Assembly (NCBI GenBank): GCA_964016885.1
Contig: OZ024742.1
Span: 174,158,001-174,222,000 of the forward strand
DNA from: Eledone cirrhosa
Taxonomy: Eukaryota
DNA length: 64,000 nt
Direction of reading: 5' to 3'
Within the stretch, counting starts at the first letter, position 1; each line of letters opens with the position of its first letter. Below the pieces are notes generated by a model. That model was not told the DNA's origin. It did not search any database and saw nothing but the letters and a program-made list of their open reading frames with translations. A program made the position numbers and the translations under genes. This document shows, piece by piece, positions 49,681-63,615 of this stretch.

Positions 49681-52600
49681 AGACATGTATATAATGTGAA
49701 ATGAAACTGGAAGGCCCATATATATATATATATGTATATGTGTATGTATAAATATAAATGTGTGAGTGTATATATATATATATATATGTGTGTGTATGTA
49801 TATATATATGTATATATATATATATATGTGGGTCTCTGTGACTATATATGCTGGTCATAGACACACACATATATATATATATATATACAAAAACACTCAC
49901 ATATATGTATATACATATATATATACACAACAACACCACCAGCTCTCTTCCATTCTCCTTCTCTATTTCCTCTCCCTCTCTCTATGTCTCTCTTTCAATC
50001 TACTCTGTCACGACCACTATATCTTCCTCTCTATCCTTTTCTGTCTTTGTTTATGAAGGTACCCAGAAAAAACCCATATCTTGGGAACACATGGTCCGAT
50101 TTATGCGAAACTTGTTTTATTCCATTTGTATTCCCATTTCAGGGGCAACTTCCTTTCAAAATATTTCCCCATTATGCACCCTTTTGGCTGTATTACATTA
50201 CAGACAAGCAAGTAAGCAAACAATCACAGGCTTTTAGTAATATAGATAACTAATCTAGCATATATAGAATATCTGTATCCTATGCTGGTTGAAATTTGAA
50301 CCCTTAAGTAGCTGCATTTGTATTGAGATTTTATTCATATAATATATTTTGGGTCTGTATATTACATAAAATTGTATATTCCTTGATCTATTTTTTTAAA
50401 ACTCTTGCCACTATGTATATGATTATGATGATGATGATGATATATATAGTGTAAAGAATAAAGGAAACACAAACATAGAGATAGGCATTTCAATGTGATT
50501 AATAACTTAGAAAGTTATTAGGGAAAGAAAAGACGAAAAAGAGATGATTGGGAAGAGATTGAAAATAAACGGAAGAGAAATAAAATAAAATAAAGAAAAA
50601 AAGACATACCGATAGAGAGAGTGGGAGACATAGGACAGTGGCACATATATGTACCTCTCACTCTTTCCCTCTTTCTCCCTCCCTATCTCTCTGTTCAATT
50701 GCTACTTCCATTTCTTTCGTCCCTTGCTCTCTTTGCATCCACTCTCACCGAGAGTGAATGTGTTTCTTCAACTCGCTCGCTGTTTAGATCTCTCACCGTT
50801 AATAAGGTCTCTAGGCTTAAACCTAGTTGCCTTTTTTAACTTCGTTCTCTCTCTCTTTGGTTATTCTACATATATGTGCCACATCCCCCTGTCTCCCCCC
50901 CCCCCTTTCTATCCATATGTTATTTTTTTTATTTTTTGTCTTTTCTTTCTCTTCCGTTTATATTCTCTCTCTTCCCTATCGTCTCCATTTCATCTTTTCT
51001 TTCGCCAATAACTTTCTAAGTTATTAATCACATTGTGGATAGATGTATTGTCTTTAATGTGTCAAAACATCTGAGACCCACAGCAGACAGCTAGCATTGC
51101 TAGCTAGGATTGGATGTGTCTACATAGACTATTGTCAGTACTGGAATGGGGCTTTGGGCCTTCCAGACAGTCTGGGGAGTCTGCATCTTGTTTATGTATG
51201 GTCACAAAATTACCAAGTGCACAAGAGAGTTTGTCATGTCTTTGTTTGACAAGCTTCATATGGCTAGAATCCTTTTCTAACTCCAACTACTTTACAACAA
51301 ATACAAGGTGCGTTTATCACTAAAGAGTTGTACTTGTCAGGCAATTACTAATGCTATGTATGCACACACACACACATACACACAGACATATATATATCAT
51401 TATCATCATCATTTACTGTTCATTTTTCTGTCACCAATGGTTAGATGGGTGAAGTTTTTGTGGAACTAGCACTAAGTTAATTTTCATGTCTTTGACACAT
51501 CTGAGAAGACCTCTCCACCATTTGTTTGATAGGTCTCCTCTTACTGGATGCACTTCCAAATTACCAACCACCTTTCTGGGTATACTGAGCGCATTTTATT
51601 GGTACCAGTACAATTATCAAACAACTTTCTATATTTTTTTCTTTGATTTATCTCATTTAAGCTGTTTATGTTTTTCTAAAACATTCCTTCATCATTTTAT
51701 GTCAGAACATTTGATCTGTCATTCCCCAAACACTATCTTAATAATGAGAAAGTTAGTTATCATATTCAATCACTATAAATTCTTGATTATTTTGGAAATG
51801 ATTTGAATATCATAGGTACTGCCTTCATGAGAAATATTGTAGTGAAGTAGTTGAAATACTTATATCCATCTAAAAACATTCCAGTGTAATTTCATGGAAG
51901 AATTCCCCAAACACTATCTGAATAATGAGAAAGTTTGTTATATTACTAAATTCTTATATTACGAAAATGATTTGAAAATCACAGGAAGTGTCTGTTATCA
52001 GAAATATGGTAATGAAAGGGTTAAGCAATGTATGGTTGGTATTATTAATGCATCTGCTATTCTATACAAATGGTATATCACAGACTAAATGGGTTAAAAT
52101 TCATTGTTTTTCTGACCTAGAAAATTACTGTTTCATATTTTTTAGCAATAGTAGCAAAATCACTAATACTCAAAATAAATATCTCTACATCAATCCCCAT
52201 TTTGTAAAGATTTGCATAATTAATGAGATTTTTCATTAAAAAAATCTAAGACACTTCTAATGATTCAGAAATCAACCCTATAATTATATTTTATTATTCA
52301 CCTTGAGACACGTTTATGTTCAATAAGAAGATATTTCATTTATAAAAATATTTTCGTTTGTTTTTGATTTGTGTTTAATCTCTTATTTCTATCATCACAC
52401 AGTAGCATAACCACATATAATATAAGTGACAAGTCGTGAACCTTTCAACATAGTTTGGGTGATTCTGAAAAAAATAATGAAAAAAATATTTTTTTCTTGT
52501 TTGTTGCTTTATTTATTTATTTATTTTACTTTATTATCTTTTTTTTTTTTGATAAATTTTCAGGTGAAAAATGTAACAAAATGTCAAAAGGTTAAAGACA

Positions 52601-53486
52601 AAAAAATATTAGTAACTGAAATTGAGTAAAATGGAAATTTATTTTAATTTACATTAAATCAAATTGAGAAAAAATGAACAAAAATTTAAAAAACACAGGA
52701 AACAAAAGACCCCGAAAACAACAACAAAACAGTATTAACTAAAAGACAGCAACAAATAAATAGCATCATTATATTCACCTTTGTATTTAAAAACTTTCTA
52801 ATGAATTTAATTATTATCAGAATTCATTTCATAGCTTATGAATCAATTTTTGTAAAAGGTGAAAAGATGTCAAAGTGAGAATGAATAATGAGAAAAATAT
52901 TCTTTTATATGCTTGCTATTAATACCTTTATCTAGTTGTCAGAAAATATAAAACAAATTAGCACTAGAAACATGTTCAAGTGATTCACAGAATACTTCAC
53001 TTACACTTTGAAATTATTATTATTAATCACTTTGTTACCAGATTTCTAAAAACAGAAAACAAGATACTGATTATAGTTTCCAAGTCATTTTGAAAATATT
53101 TCAGAATTTTGGGAGGGATTTATGTAATTTTTTTCTTAATTAAGATGTGTTTGGAACATAACGTAAGATGAAATGTTTTTAGATAAATACAAACACTTTA
53201 AAACAAGCAGTTTTGCATAATAGAACCAATGATGGTTTCAGGTTGTTTGGAATCAAAATGAATAGAGAATGAGTTGGCAGATTTGTTAAGGTGACAAAGT
53301 ACTTTGTGGTATTTCTTCAAACTCTAAATATTCAATTCAGTGTTCTAATTCTGCCAAGGTCAATTTTGCTCTTCATACTTCTGAGTGATGATAAAATATA
53401 GTACTGGAATAGATTTAACAAACTTTCCTTTTCCTTCAAACTGCTAACCCTTGAGTCTATGTTATAGACCATTATTAGAGGAAGAT

Positions 53487-53668
53487 GAATTGGCAGTATC
53501 GTTAGAGGGTTGAACGCCATGCTTTCTAGCATAATTATGTCCCTTTACAGTCTGAGTTCAAATCCTGCCGAGGTTAACTTTGCCTTTCATCCTTACGGGG
53601 TCGATAAAATAAAGTACCAGTAATATACTGGGTAATATCTGGCCTTGTGCCTAAAGTAGAAACAATTA
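53487..53668 (+). mobile_element. SINE family A copy
   Basis: A box, B box and body; TSD-like ATTA(T/TC)AGAGGAAGATGA on both sides. Confidence 0.85.
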
Positions 53669-54109
53669 TCAGAGGAAGATGAGGATATATATTAAGATAC
53701 TTCTGATGTGTCTTATAAAAGATTGGTGAGAGCAGAGAGAGTGATAAGACTAAATTGGTACACTCTGACTTTGTTTTTCTAAGAAGAAGGAAGGAAACTA
53801 ATAGAAGACATGTTCAATTCTCTTGATGTGACAAAGTAATCCTGGGTTTTGTGTGAGGTTTTCCCTGAAATATCCCTAAAATGCCATTCCCTCCTATTGT
53901 GGTGCTTTTTCGAGTTGACATCTGTTCTTAATTTATATTCTTATCATTGATATTTATTACAATTAGTGTTATTGTTATGCCTACTATTTTCCCTATGCTT
54001 ATGCTGTCTTTCATCCCTTTACTCCATGTAAAATAAACTCTGTATTATTCTTTAATCCTTATATATGAGCCCTTATGATGAATAAGGGACATCATTATTA
54101 TTATCAATA

Positions 54110-54292
54110 TTTGTTTCTATATTGGCACAAGGCCAGCAATACCCAGTACATTACTGGTACTTTATTTTATCGACCCCGTAAGGATGAAAGGCAAAGTTAA
54201 CCTCGGCGGGATTTGAACACAGAATGGCAAGGGCCGTAACTCTATGCATCAAAGCATGGCGTCTGACCCTCTACCAATACTGCCAATTCACT
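54110..54292 (-). mobile_element. SINE family A copy
   Basis: Collinear with other copies; TSD-like ATTATTATCAATATT on both sides. Confidence 0.88.
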
Positions 54293-54448
54293 GCCCATTA
54301 TTATCAATATTATTGTAGGGACTGAAACAACCTTACTTCCATGCAGTGGTCTCTGAGAGAGTATTTGTTATAATGCCTCACTAATGAAACTCTGTGTATG
54401 AAATAATATGTTAATCAATATAATATGCATGCATACACGCACGCACAT

Positions 54449-54524
<76 letters not shown>

Positions 54525-55029
54525 CTTATAACTGTTCATCACATATTTGCCAACCTCCATACATGACATGGTATGAAAAGAAAGAAATATTATTGTGGTC
54601 AAAAAAGAAATTATTATTATTGATGTTACATGTCCATTTTGTTTACCATGCAAACAGGTGTCAATTAGACACCAAACTTTACAGGGATCTTTCCCTATTG
54701 CCTATAAACTTTACACAATCTCATAGCTGTTTCTTTAAAAGACTTCCACCTATATTTTCACTCTCAGTTAACCTATATGACCTTCAAACATATCTGCAAC
54801 AGCATCAAGATTACCTACAACAATGAATTCATCATACACAAGCACCCTATTTCTTCTATCTGAGATTCATATCTGTTAATTTTCTGTCCTTTTTCTGTCC
54901 TTTTTCTTTCACCCACCTGTCTGTGGGTACAGCAAAATCTTCTGCAAAAACATCTGATGGTTTACTTTAAATATAATATCTGGCTTTCTGTGCACCACCA
55001 GTTGGTCACATTGTGTCATAAAATCTCAA

Positions 55030-55830
55030 ATGATTTTAAAATTCTCATTCTCAATCACATCCTTTAATTTCTGGTTAAATCAAGTTTCTCCACAATCTTG
55101 CACTGACAGCCCACACAGTTGCCAGTGAACATATCTTGGAACATTATCCTGTCTTCTCTTGTACTTACTTCCATGCACCCACTAACGAAATTGTCATTAT
55201 TTTCTTTGTTCTTGTATCTAGTTTTTATAAATCCTCTCGGTTCGATTTGATATTTCTACCACTCTATCTGATTAAGGATACAGCCCATGTATTTAGTGCT
55301 TGTGTTTTATTATTTCTGTGTAGCTTTGATTGCATGATTAGTTTGACTAATCTGAGATATTCATTCTTATAAATTTCTTTCTTTGCCTTTTCTTTCATCT
55401 TTTCCAACTCCCAAATCACAAGAAACATGTATCCTTCATCATCCACATCTTTTATGGTATTTCCATTTGGCAATTTTATTCCCTCATTAAGACAAAGGTT
55501 CCTCTTCTTCAGTAGAGCAAAAACACATTTTCCTATCCCAAATTCTATCTCTAAATCCTAACTTATTGCAAGAGTTGTTGATACAAGACGATCAACTTCT
55601 TTCAGAATATTTCCCAAAACAGATTATTGATAAATAGGAGGTAGTTTACTTTTGTTTCTCCAATATGATACCCTGCCTTAGCTTTGCAATGACACTTAGT
55701 TTAAAGAACCATGTAAAGCTTGAAGAGGAATGGAGAGAGACTGTCACCTTCAAAAGTTTTCCTTTGATGAGTACTCTTCTTAGTGAATTTTCATATGATG
55801 CGAGTTCTGTTCTTCAACTCGGCTTTGACA
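55030..55830 (-). mobile_element. Old R4/Dong-related RT fragment
   Basis: PNGNTIKDVDDEGYMFL...EYLRLVKLIMQSKLHRNNKTQALNTWAVSLIR aligns with the translation of 31280-31500. Confidence 0.65.
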
Positions 55831-55859
55831 TTCATTAGGATTATTATTATTATTATTGT

Positions 55860-56289
55860 TCTTTGAGTCTCAGTCATTGATGTTATTTAACTGGAAAGTT
55901 TGTTGAAATGAATATCAAGCCACTACCTGCAGCCTCAGATATTCAGGACGTATCGGAGGGTTCTTGCTGTTCCCAGCAAGCATGCCTTTTGAAGTGTTCC
56001 AAAAAGCGGGGCGGGGCCAATTTTCTTTAACCATCCTTGGAAAATTTGAGATAGTACCTAGTGCGCCTATGACAATCGGGACCACTTTGACTTCATAGCA
56101 GTTCCAAATCCTTTTTACCTCCCACTTTAAGTCTTGGTATTGGTTAATTTTCTCCCTCTCTTTCTCTTGCACTCTCGTGTCGAATGGGCAGGCCACATCC
56201 ACAATCAGGCACAATCTTTTTTCCTTGTCCAAAACCACCAGGTCAGGTCTATTGTGTTCCAGTTTCTTGTCCGTCTGTATCCTAAAATC
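55860..56289 (-). mobile_element. R4/Dong-type 3' fragment
   Basis: LIVDVACPFD..YQDLKWEVKRIW..IVIGALGTIS; same 3' UTR as 30152; (TTA)n on both sides. Confidence 0.9.
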
Positions 56290-56575
56290 ATTATTATTAT
56301 TATTATTATTATGAATATTATTATTATTATTGGCAGAATCATCAGAGCATTATTTATGTGATTTGTCATATCTGTTCCAGCACTTTATATTCTGAATTCA
56401 AATCTTGCCAATGTCAGCGTTGCATTTCATCCTTCAAGGTTGAATAAAATAAAGTACAAATCAAATATTGGGGAAGATTTAAATTGGCATCCCCTTCCCC
56501 AAAATGCTGGCCTAGTGCCTCAATTAGGAACAATTATTACTTATTATTATTATTCGGTGGATTGGCAGCAAGGGC

Positions 56576-56760
56576 TGTGGATTGGCAGTATCGGTAGAGG
56601 GTCGGACGCCATGCTTTCCAGCATAGTTATGTCCCTTTACGATCTGAGTTCAAATCCCGCCGTGGTTGACTTTGCCTTTCATCCTTATGGGGTCGATAAA
56701 ATAAAGTACCAGTAATACACTGGGTAATTGCTGGCCTTGTGCCTAAAGTAGAATCAATTA
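56576..56760 (+). mobile_element. SINE family A copy, preceded by an older degenerate relative at 56330-56540
   Basis: A box, B box and body; duplicated head GTGGATTGGCAG at 56556 and 56576. Confidence 0.85.
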
Positions 56761-58355
56761 TTATTCATATTTTTTATAACAATAATATTTTACTTAGGTT
56801 TTATTTTTCCATTGATTTTTATTCTTTCTATTTAATATTAATTTCTTAAATGTTTCTCTTGTATTTGAGCTCTAATTACTAATCATAATGAATAATTACC
56901 AATCTTTATATTTTGTACCAAAAATTCCAAACTTGACCACTTTTATTTTAAAACAAAACAGAACAGAAATTTGTTTTGATTTTATTTTTCATTTGTAAAA
57001 TGTCGATAGAATATTGGACTGTTTTCTCACTGTTTTGCTTTGAATATATTCTGAGTAATCAATCATTCTGAAAAATATAACAACTTCAAGATATCTATTT
57101 CTTTTTTTAATGGTTCCTTCAGATATTTTTGATAGTCTAATATTTCAAATCATGGTGTTTATTTCAGTAGGATCCAAATAAAATCATCATCATCATTACC
57201 ATTCATCATCATCGTTTTTATGTCCACTTTTCCATCCTGGCATTGGTTGAATGGGATGTTTTGAGATAATGTAATACCACCAGATACCTCTCCTGATACC
57301 AGTCATTTAAACACCTTTTATGACACACAGTAACACAGTGTACCTATTGTAAAAACCAGGATAAACACAGCAATACTATCCTTGCGAAAATGTTAAAGAA
57401 CATTTCTACTGCTAAGGAGAAAAATCTGGTTTTCTTAAAATAGCAAAAGAGTGTCTGTATGTGGTTAGACATCCTGTCTGAAATAACAATCATATCCATC
57501 TCAAATAACACCCTATCATCTAGAAAACCAAAGAAAAATAAAGGAATGCATATTGATATACTAAATACACCCAGTATACTCTATAAAGTGGTTAGAAAAG
57601 AAATCCAGTTATAGAAACCATGCCAGACAAGGGATTGAGAGGACATTTCAGTTGTGTCAAGGACATGATGACCTCCATAGTGTTGCATCCACTATAAAAT
57701 TAACCCAATACACTTTGTAAAGTAGTTAGTGATAGGAAATACATACACCTGTAGAAGCCATACCAAAACTGAAATATATGTAAATAATGCATAGCCTGGG
57801 AGTTCAGTAGCTTCAATTAAGACTGTGACAACCGATTTAATCCAAGCTAGCACAGAAGAAATGAAATTAAATAATGATGATGATGATGATGATGATGATG
57901 AGAATGATTTGGCCAATCTATGCTGAATCTGTGTTATCAATAACAATCATTTAACAAGTTGAGATAGGAAAAACATTTTTGTGGAAAAATGAATTTTAAC
58001 TCTCTCACTAACTATCATACTTCTCTTGTTTTTTTTACTATCTATCACTTGATTCCTCTTCCTGTGATATATCATATTGATATCCCATTATGTTGCTCAT
58101 ACTGTTTCTACTCAACCGTTTAACTACAGTACCATACTGACACACCCGAAATATTCAATGCTTTATATTTACTGACATATATTAATTTTTGAACTGACCA
58201 TCAAACTAAAATGTAGAATATAAACACAGCTACACATAATCACGATATAAATATATTTCAGTGACCAAAAGAGTACTTATATTATCGACTCTAAATAGAT
58301 GAATGTCAATGTTGAAATAAAGAAATATAAAGAATAAAAGCACATATTTTGCTAA

Positions 58356-58609
58356 CCCTTTTGTTACCATATTTCTTATGTTAAACACTGCCTATGATAT
58401 AAACATAATTTTGAAAATAATCAATAATTGGAATTATTTAGTAATATAACTTCCTCACTGATAATAAGAAAGCTGGTGTTTGAAACATAACCAACTTTTT
58501 ATATAACATTATAAAGGAATGCTTTTAGATTAATATAAACACTTTAAAATAAAAACAAACCAGTATTGTAGAATGAAAGGCAGTTTCAGGCAGTTTGATA
58601 TCAAAAGGG
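58356..58609. mobile_element. Old piggyBac-like MITE; related fragments near 11390, 15820, 38000, 43235, 51720 and 53030
   Basis: CTAA|CCCTTTTGTTACCA ... TGATATCAAAAGGG|TTAA; TIRs match 12/14. Confidence 0.55.
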
Positions 58610-60089
58610 TTAATAGTATTTGAATGTATTTGATAATATCTACTGAGGACAAGTGAATTCATTCCAGTCTACATCCAGTAGAGATCCAGCACAAATTTGC
58701 TACTAATCAACAATAAAATCAATATTCCATTTTCTTTTGTTGTAACCAAACTACTTTCAGAGTAACAGTTCACTCTAAATCGATAAAGCTGTTGTCTTAT
58801 TTGAGAAGGAAACCACAGTCTCTTCTTATATTAGAATGACCTTTTGTAGAGGTCACCTCTGCATTCTTTCAACAATCATCATCATTTAGATCATCACTTT
58901 ACATCCATTCTCTAAACTAGTATGGTTCTAACAGTTTTTTACTGACCAAGTCAATACTTAATCAGAGCTACTGTCCTCTGAGACCAACTGGGGGTTATGT
59001 TTAACATATGATCCAGTTTTAGAATGGTTTCTACAGCTGAATGCCTTTCCTAATCCTAACCACTCTATCAGGTGTAATGAGTGCATTTTATCATGGCAGC
59101 AGCACTAGGGAGGTTGTCATGTCCTTGAAGCAACTGAAGAACTTTGAGTCCTCTCAATCCTTTCGTTGCTGCCTAAAAACAAATATATTCCAGGGAAACC
59201 TCTCCCGCAGACAGTTAATAACAGAGGGCTAACCCTGGGCTAAACAACACAACAAACATACAATTAGTGATCGTATTTCTATCTTCACATCTAGTTTTAA
59301 CAGATGGCCAAATATCTGTCAGAAGAATAAGAATATAAATGATGAAATATTTGAAATATCTGTATCTATTGTTTAAGTCTTCAATAAACTCTTCTATTTT
59401 CTAAATATAATTGAAGGACATAAAATTGAGGACCAACCATTCTTAAATAATGATGTTTATGGGATTATCCAGAAGAAAAAATACAAATTTTAATATCCTT
59501 CAAATAAATGAAGTGAAAAAGCAATTCTTAAACCATAATACAAAAGTGATATCAAACCAACATTTTTAATACAATTTCTTTTTTCATTCTTAAAAATATC
59601 ATTTCAGATACAATCAATGCTATAGGCTGGTTTTATATTTCTCTGTCCTCTCATTATTTCTATTCTATACTCATTCTCTCTATTCACTCATATATTCACA
59701 AATATATATAATGTTGAAAGAGATAGAAAGCTGAACAATGCAAAAATAGACTGTAAGATGAGGGAACAAAAAGTAAAAGTTACCTGGTAATCTTTGTTTT
59801 GATTTGTTGTTGTTGTAGTTGTTCTTTTATCCGTCCAATATTTCTGGACATAAAAGTCCCTTCATCAGGGTTTAAGGAAACTTCAGTGGATAATGTTCCA
59901 ATCTCCTCACAATAAAAATTGTTCAGTTTTATCAGAACAATAACAACTATGCCTCCCTTCTCTCTCTCTCTCTCTCTCTCTGTCAATTTTCAATCAACAA
60001 CAGAGCCATTCTCAGACTGTCCACAAGGTTGTTGCTATTGCCTTTCATATTTGTAGTTATTGTTGTTGTTATATATAAAGGCTAAAATA

Positions 60090-60272
60090 TAATTGTTTCT
60101 ATTTTTGGCACAGGGCCAGCAATTATTACAGTATATTACTGGTACTTTATTTTATCGACCCCGTAAGGATGAAAGGCAAAGTTAACCTCGGCGGGATTTG
60201 AACTCATATCATAAAGGGAGGTAACTCTATGCTGCAAAGCATGGTGTCCGACCCTCTACCGATACTGCCAAT
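60090..60272 (-). mobile_element. SINE family A copy
   Basis: Collinear with other copies. Confidence 0.88.
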
Positions 60273-61101
60273 AAAATGAAATGCAATGATGGCCAGAGTG
60301 GCAAAAAAATGAAGATGAAGAAAAAATGTAGGAGGATGGCATAAATTGAAAATTATGAAGGTCAAGGAGAATTCTAGGGTTAAAGTATCTTCACATAGAA
60401 TGATGGAATCAACAAATGTTTAATTAAATATTTTTTCTATACACTCCATCAATTTTGACAGGTACTATGGTAACACACATATATATATATATATCATCAT
60501 CATCATCGTTGTTTAAAATATATTACCCATGCTAGAATATATATATGTATATATATATATATATAGTAATAATAATATATAGTAATAATAATAAATATAT
60601 ATATAGTAATAATAATAAATATATATATATATATATATAATAGGAACCAGTAAGACCCCGACAGCTATGGTCCACCTGGTTCCTTACCACATTTCCTTCG
60701 TTATATATATATATATATATATATATTCATTTATTATGGCTAAGAAGTGAGTCTTGATATTCTGGATTTTCACTATTTAGCCATAATAAATGTAATGAAT
60801 AATTAAACTCTACTTTGGTATTGAATACTCTTTTTTCTTGTCTGTCTACTACTACATACAGATATATAGATGTAGGTGGATTCATGATGTATATCAAGAG
60901 TTGACCAGAGATAAAAGGGTACTCAATACATTTGTAGAGTGTAGGCACATCTCTTTTATTATAGAAATGACATCTACAGTACTAGAATTATTTAACTTGT
61001 AAGAAATCATCGGGAAAATTTTCTGATGATTACTTACGAAGGAAACATTTGTAGTCATGTAGAAGTAATTTTTATAATAAAACACACATACACACATGCG
61101 T

Positions 61102-61150
<49 letters not shown>

Positions 61151-61155
61151 CATTG

Positions 61156-61440
61156 TATTAATAAATGTAAACTATATTTATAAAATCATAATTATTTTAT
61201 TATATATATTTCAAGGGCAACCAAGGCAGTCTTGGTGTGCTTTCATCAGATAAAATACAAAATTTGTTTTATAAATAGTGACATAACCATCAAGGTTGCT
61301 TTCCACGGTTATGTCACTATTTATGAAACAAATTTTGTATTTTATCTGATAAAAGCGCACCAAGACTGCCTTGGTTGCCCTTGAAATATATATAATAAAA
61401 TAATTATGGTTTTATAAATATAGTTTCCATTTATTAATAT
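61156..61440. repeat. ~285-bp near-perfect palindrome inside a (TA)n-flanked element, plus ~95-bp tail to 61535
   Basis: TTTCAAGGGCAACCAAGGCAGTCTTGGTG...ATAAATAGTGACATAACC-loop-GGTTATGTCACTATTTAT...CACCAAGACTGCCTTGGTTGCCCTTGAAA. Confidence 0.92.
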
Positions 61441-63239
61441 ATTGAATATTTACTCCAGTAAACTGTTGAGTGTTCTATATCAGTTATAAACTTTTAAGTT
61501 TGTTGGAATCCCAACAAATTAAATATAACTTCTGCATATATATATATACTGCATGTAAGTGTGCATGTATATATATATTCTTGATTTATGGTGGATTTGT
61601 GTAATAAAAATATCATAAACTCAGAGAAGGACACTCCTATACATTGTATAGAAGAAATATAATATATGCTATATAATTCATTGGTGTCTTTTTGATGAAT
61701 GCAGAGAAAAATGTTTTTACTTTATTCATATTAATGAAATCCTACTTTAATTCGAAAGAAAAGGCCCTGAAACCTTTTTTTTTATATTTTAATATTTCAA
61801 TAACCCATAGAACTATGCTTTCTTATTTCTTGTTCACAGTTTTCAATATCATTTTAGCAATAGGAATATGTAACTTGAAAAAAATAAGAAATGAACAAAC
61901 GTTAAGATAGTTATCATTGTTTAAAGGAACTTGTAAACTGTAAATTAATGAAAAATTTATCCCTCAAAGTGTCAAGCCTTGCCTTAATAATAACATCATT
62001 ACTTTTAAAAAGCAAATGAAATTCCAAATTGAAATTGATGATTATTATAGCACCTGCCATGAATGGAATTTATCATCATCATAACATTTAATAATTGTTT
62101 TTCCCTGCTAGCATGGGTTTGACAGGTTGTCACAGACCAAATCACTACTAACTAGAACTATTGTCCTCTCAGAAGAGTGTACTGGGTGCATTTTATCTTG
62201 ATACCAGCACTAGGGAGGCTGCCAAGTACTTGATTTAAGTGAAGAGTTATTTCAATCCTTTGTTTGCCAAGTTTTCTAAGCCAGGATATTTGTACTGGAT
62301 CCCTGCATTCTGAGTTCAAATTGTGCAGAGATCAACATACCTTTTCATCATTTTGAGGTCGATAAAGAAAGTACCAGTTCAGCACAGGTACAGCCCTCTA
62401 TCCTTCCAGCTGACATATCTTGGATGTCTTCATAGATTATAAGAGGAAGGATTAAAAGGGTGTCTGCTTGGAAGTGTGGCAGCTTCTTCTTCTTCTTCTT
62501 GCATATGAGGGCTGAAATTATGTGATGTTCCTTAGGTGTAGTACCCATCTCACAGTAATGGGATTAGGGTATATGTGGTCCATATTCTAAGGTTAGCAGA
62601 GATTTATGTCCTCACTCACTATGCTGATCAGTCTGCTCTGGCAAAGCACACTGGCAAGCTGCTGATAGATGCAGCCCTCAGCAGTGTATGGCTGCATTGA
62701 ATCAGCTAAAACCTGTGTGTACCCAATTCAAGGACATTCATTCCCGAGGTATGTTAGCACCAGTAGGGAGAACTATTCAGCTAGGTGGGTTGAGTTGTCT
62801 GTTGCCAGCTAGCTCTTAATGTCTGCAGCCTGTTGGAATCTGGGTCTAGCAGATTTGCTACATGATAAGAGGAATTGCAGCATAATATCAAGTGTTGTTG
62901 TCCAGTAGTTGAGGATACTCAGCTATGTCATCGAGTAGATGACAGGTCTATTGAGGCCTTGAATACCAACCTATGTATGTTATTCTCTTTATTAAGAGGG
63001 CAAGAGCAATGCCTGAAAGTGCAGGGAGATACACATGAGCTTCTTAAACATTTAGCAAAAGCAATACTACAAAATGAATACTACAAGTCATACTTGATTA
63101 TGAGTGACAACATTGGATATTTGTTCTGGGTCTCTACATTCTGTGTTCAACTCCTTCCAAGATCTACTTCGTCTCTCTTCCTGTTGGGGTAGATAAAGAA
63201 GGAACTAACCCAGTGCAGTTGCATCCATTTTTTCTTCAG

Positions 63240-63615
63240 TTGTCATGTCCTGGATATTTTCCTGGATCAAGTAATGTCAAGAGGGTGTCAGTGTCAGCTT
63301 TCAACTGCCTCGCCTAGCCTCATCCCATCCTCATATCCTAGGGTCGGGGGTCATATTCTTATTGACCAACACTCGCCACCTTTTCCTGTCACTTGTCATT
63401 TCCATACATTCTGCCAAACTCCTTCCTTTCCATTCCGTAATATCATCTGTCCATTTCCTTCTTTGCCATCCTCTGGCCCTTTTTCCCTGTATTCGTCCCA
63501 CAAGGATGTATGTAGTCAAATTTTTGGCCCTGATGACAGTCTCCTCTTCCTTACTGTTTCAACCAGCTGTCGATTGGGACCAATCTCTTCCAGGACAGAT
63601 TCATTTGTTCTGTGA
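63240..63615 (-). mobile_element. RTE-clade LINE 3' fragment (different family)
   Basis: ILVGRIQGKRARGWQRRKWTDDITEW..DRKRWR motif. Confidence 0.7.

Noticed and set aside
50142-50216. Possible ~68-nt exon (TTTCAG...CAA|GTAAGC)
   Set aside because: Splice-like signals only; no recognisable peptide or partner exons.
62400-62960. GC-richer stretch that may be an old LINE fragment
   Set aside because: No diagnostic motif could be read with confidence.
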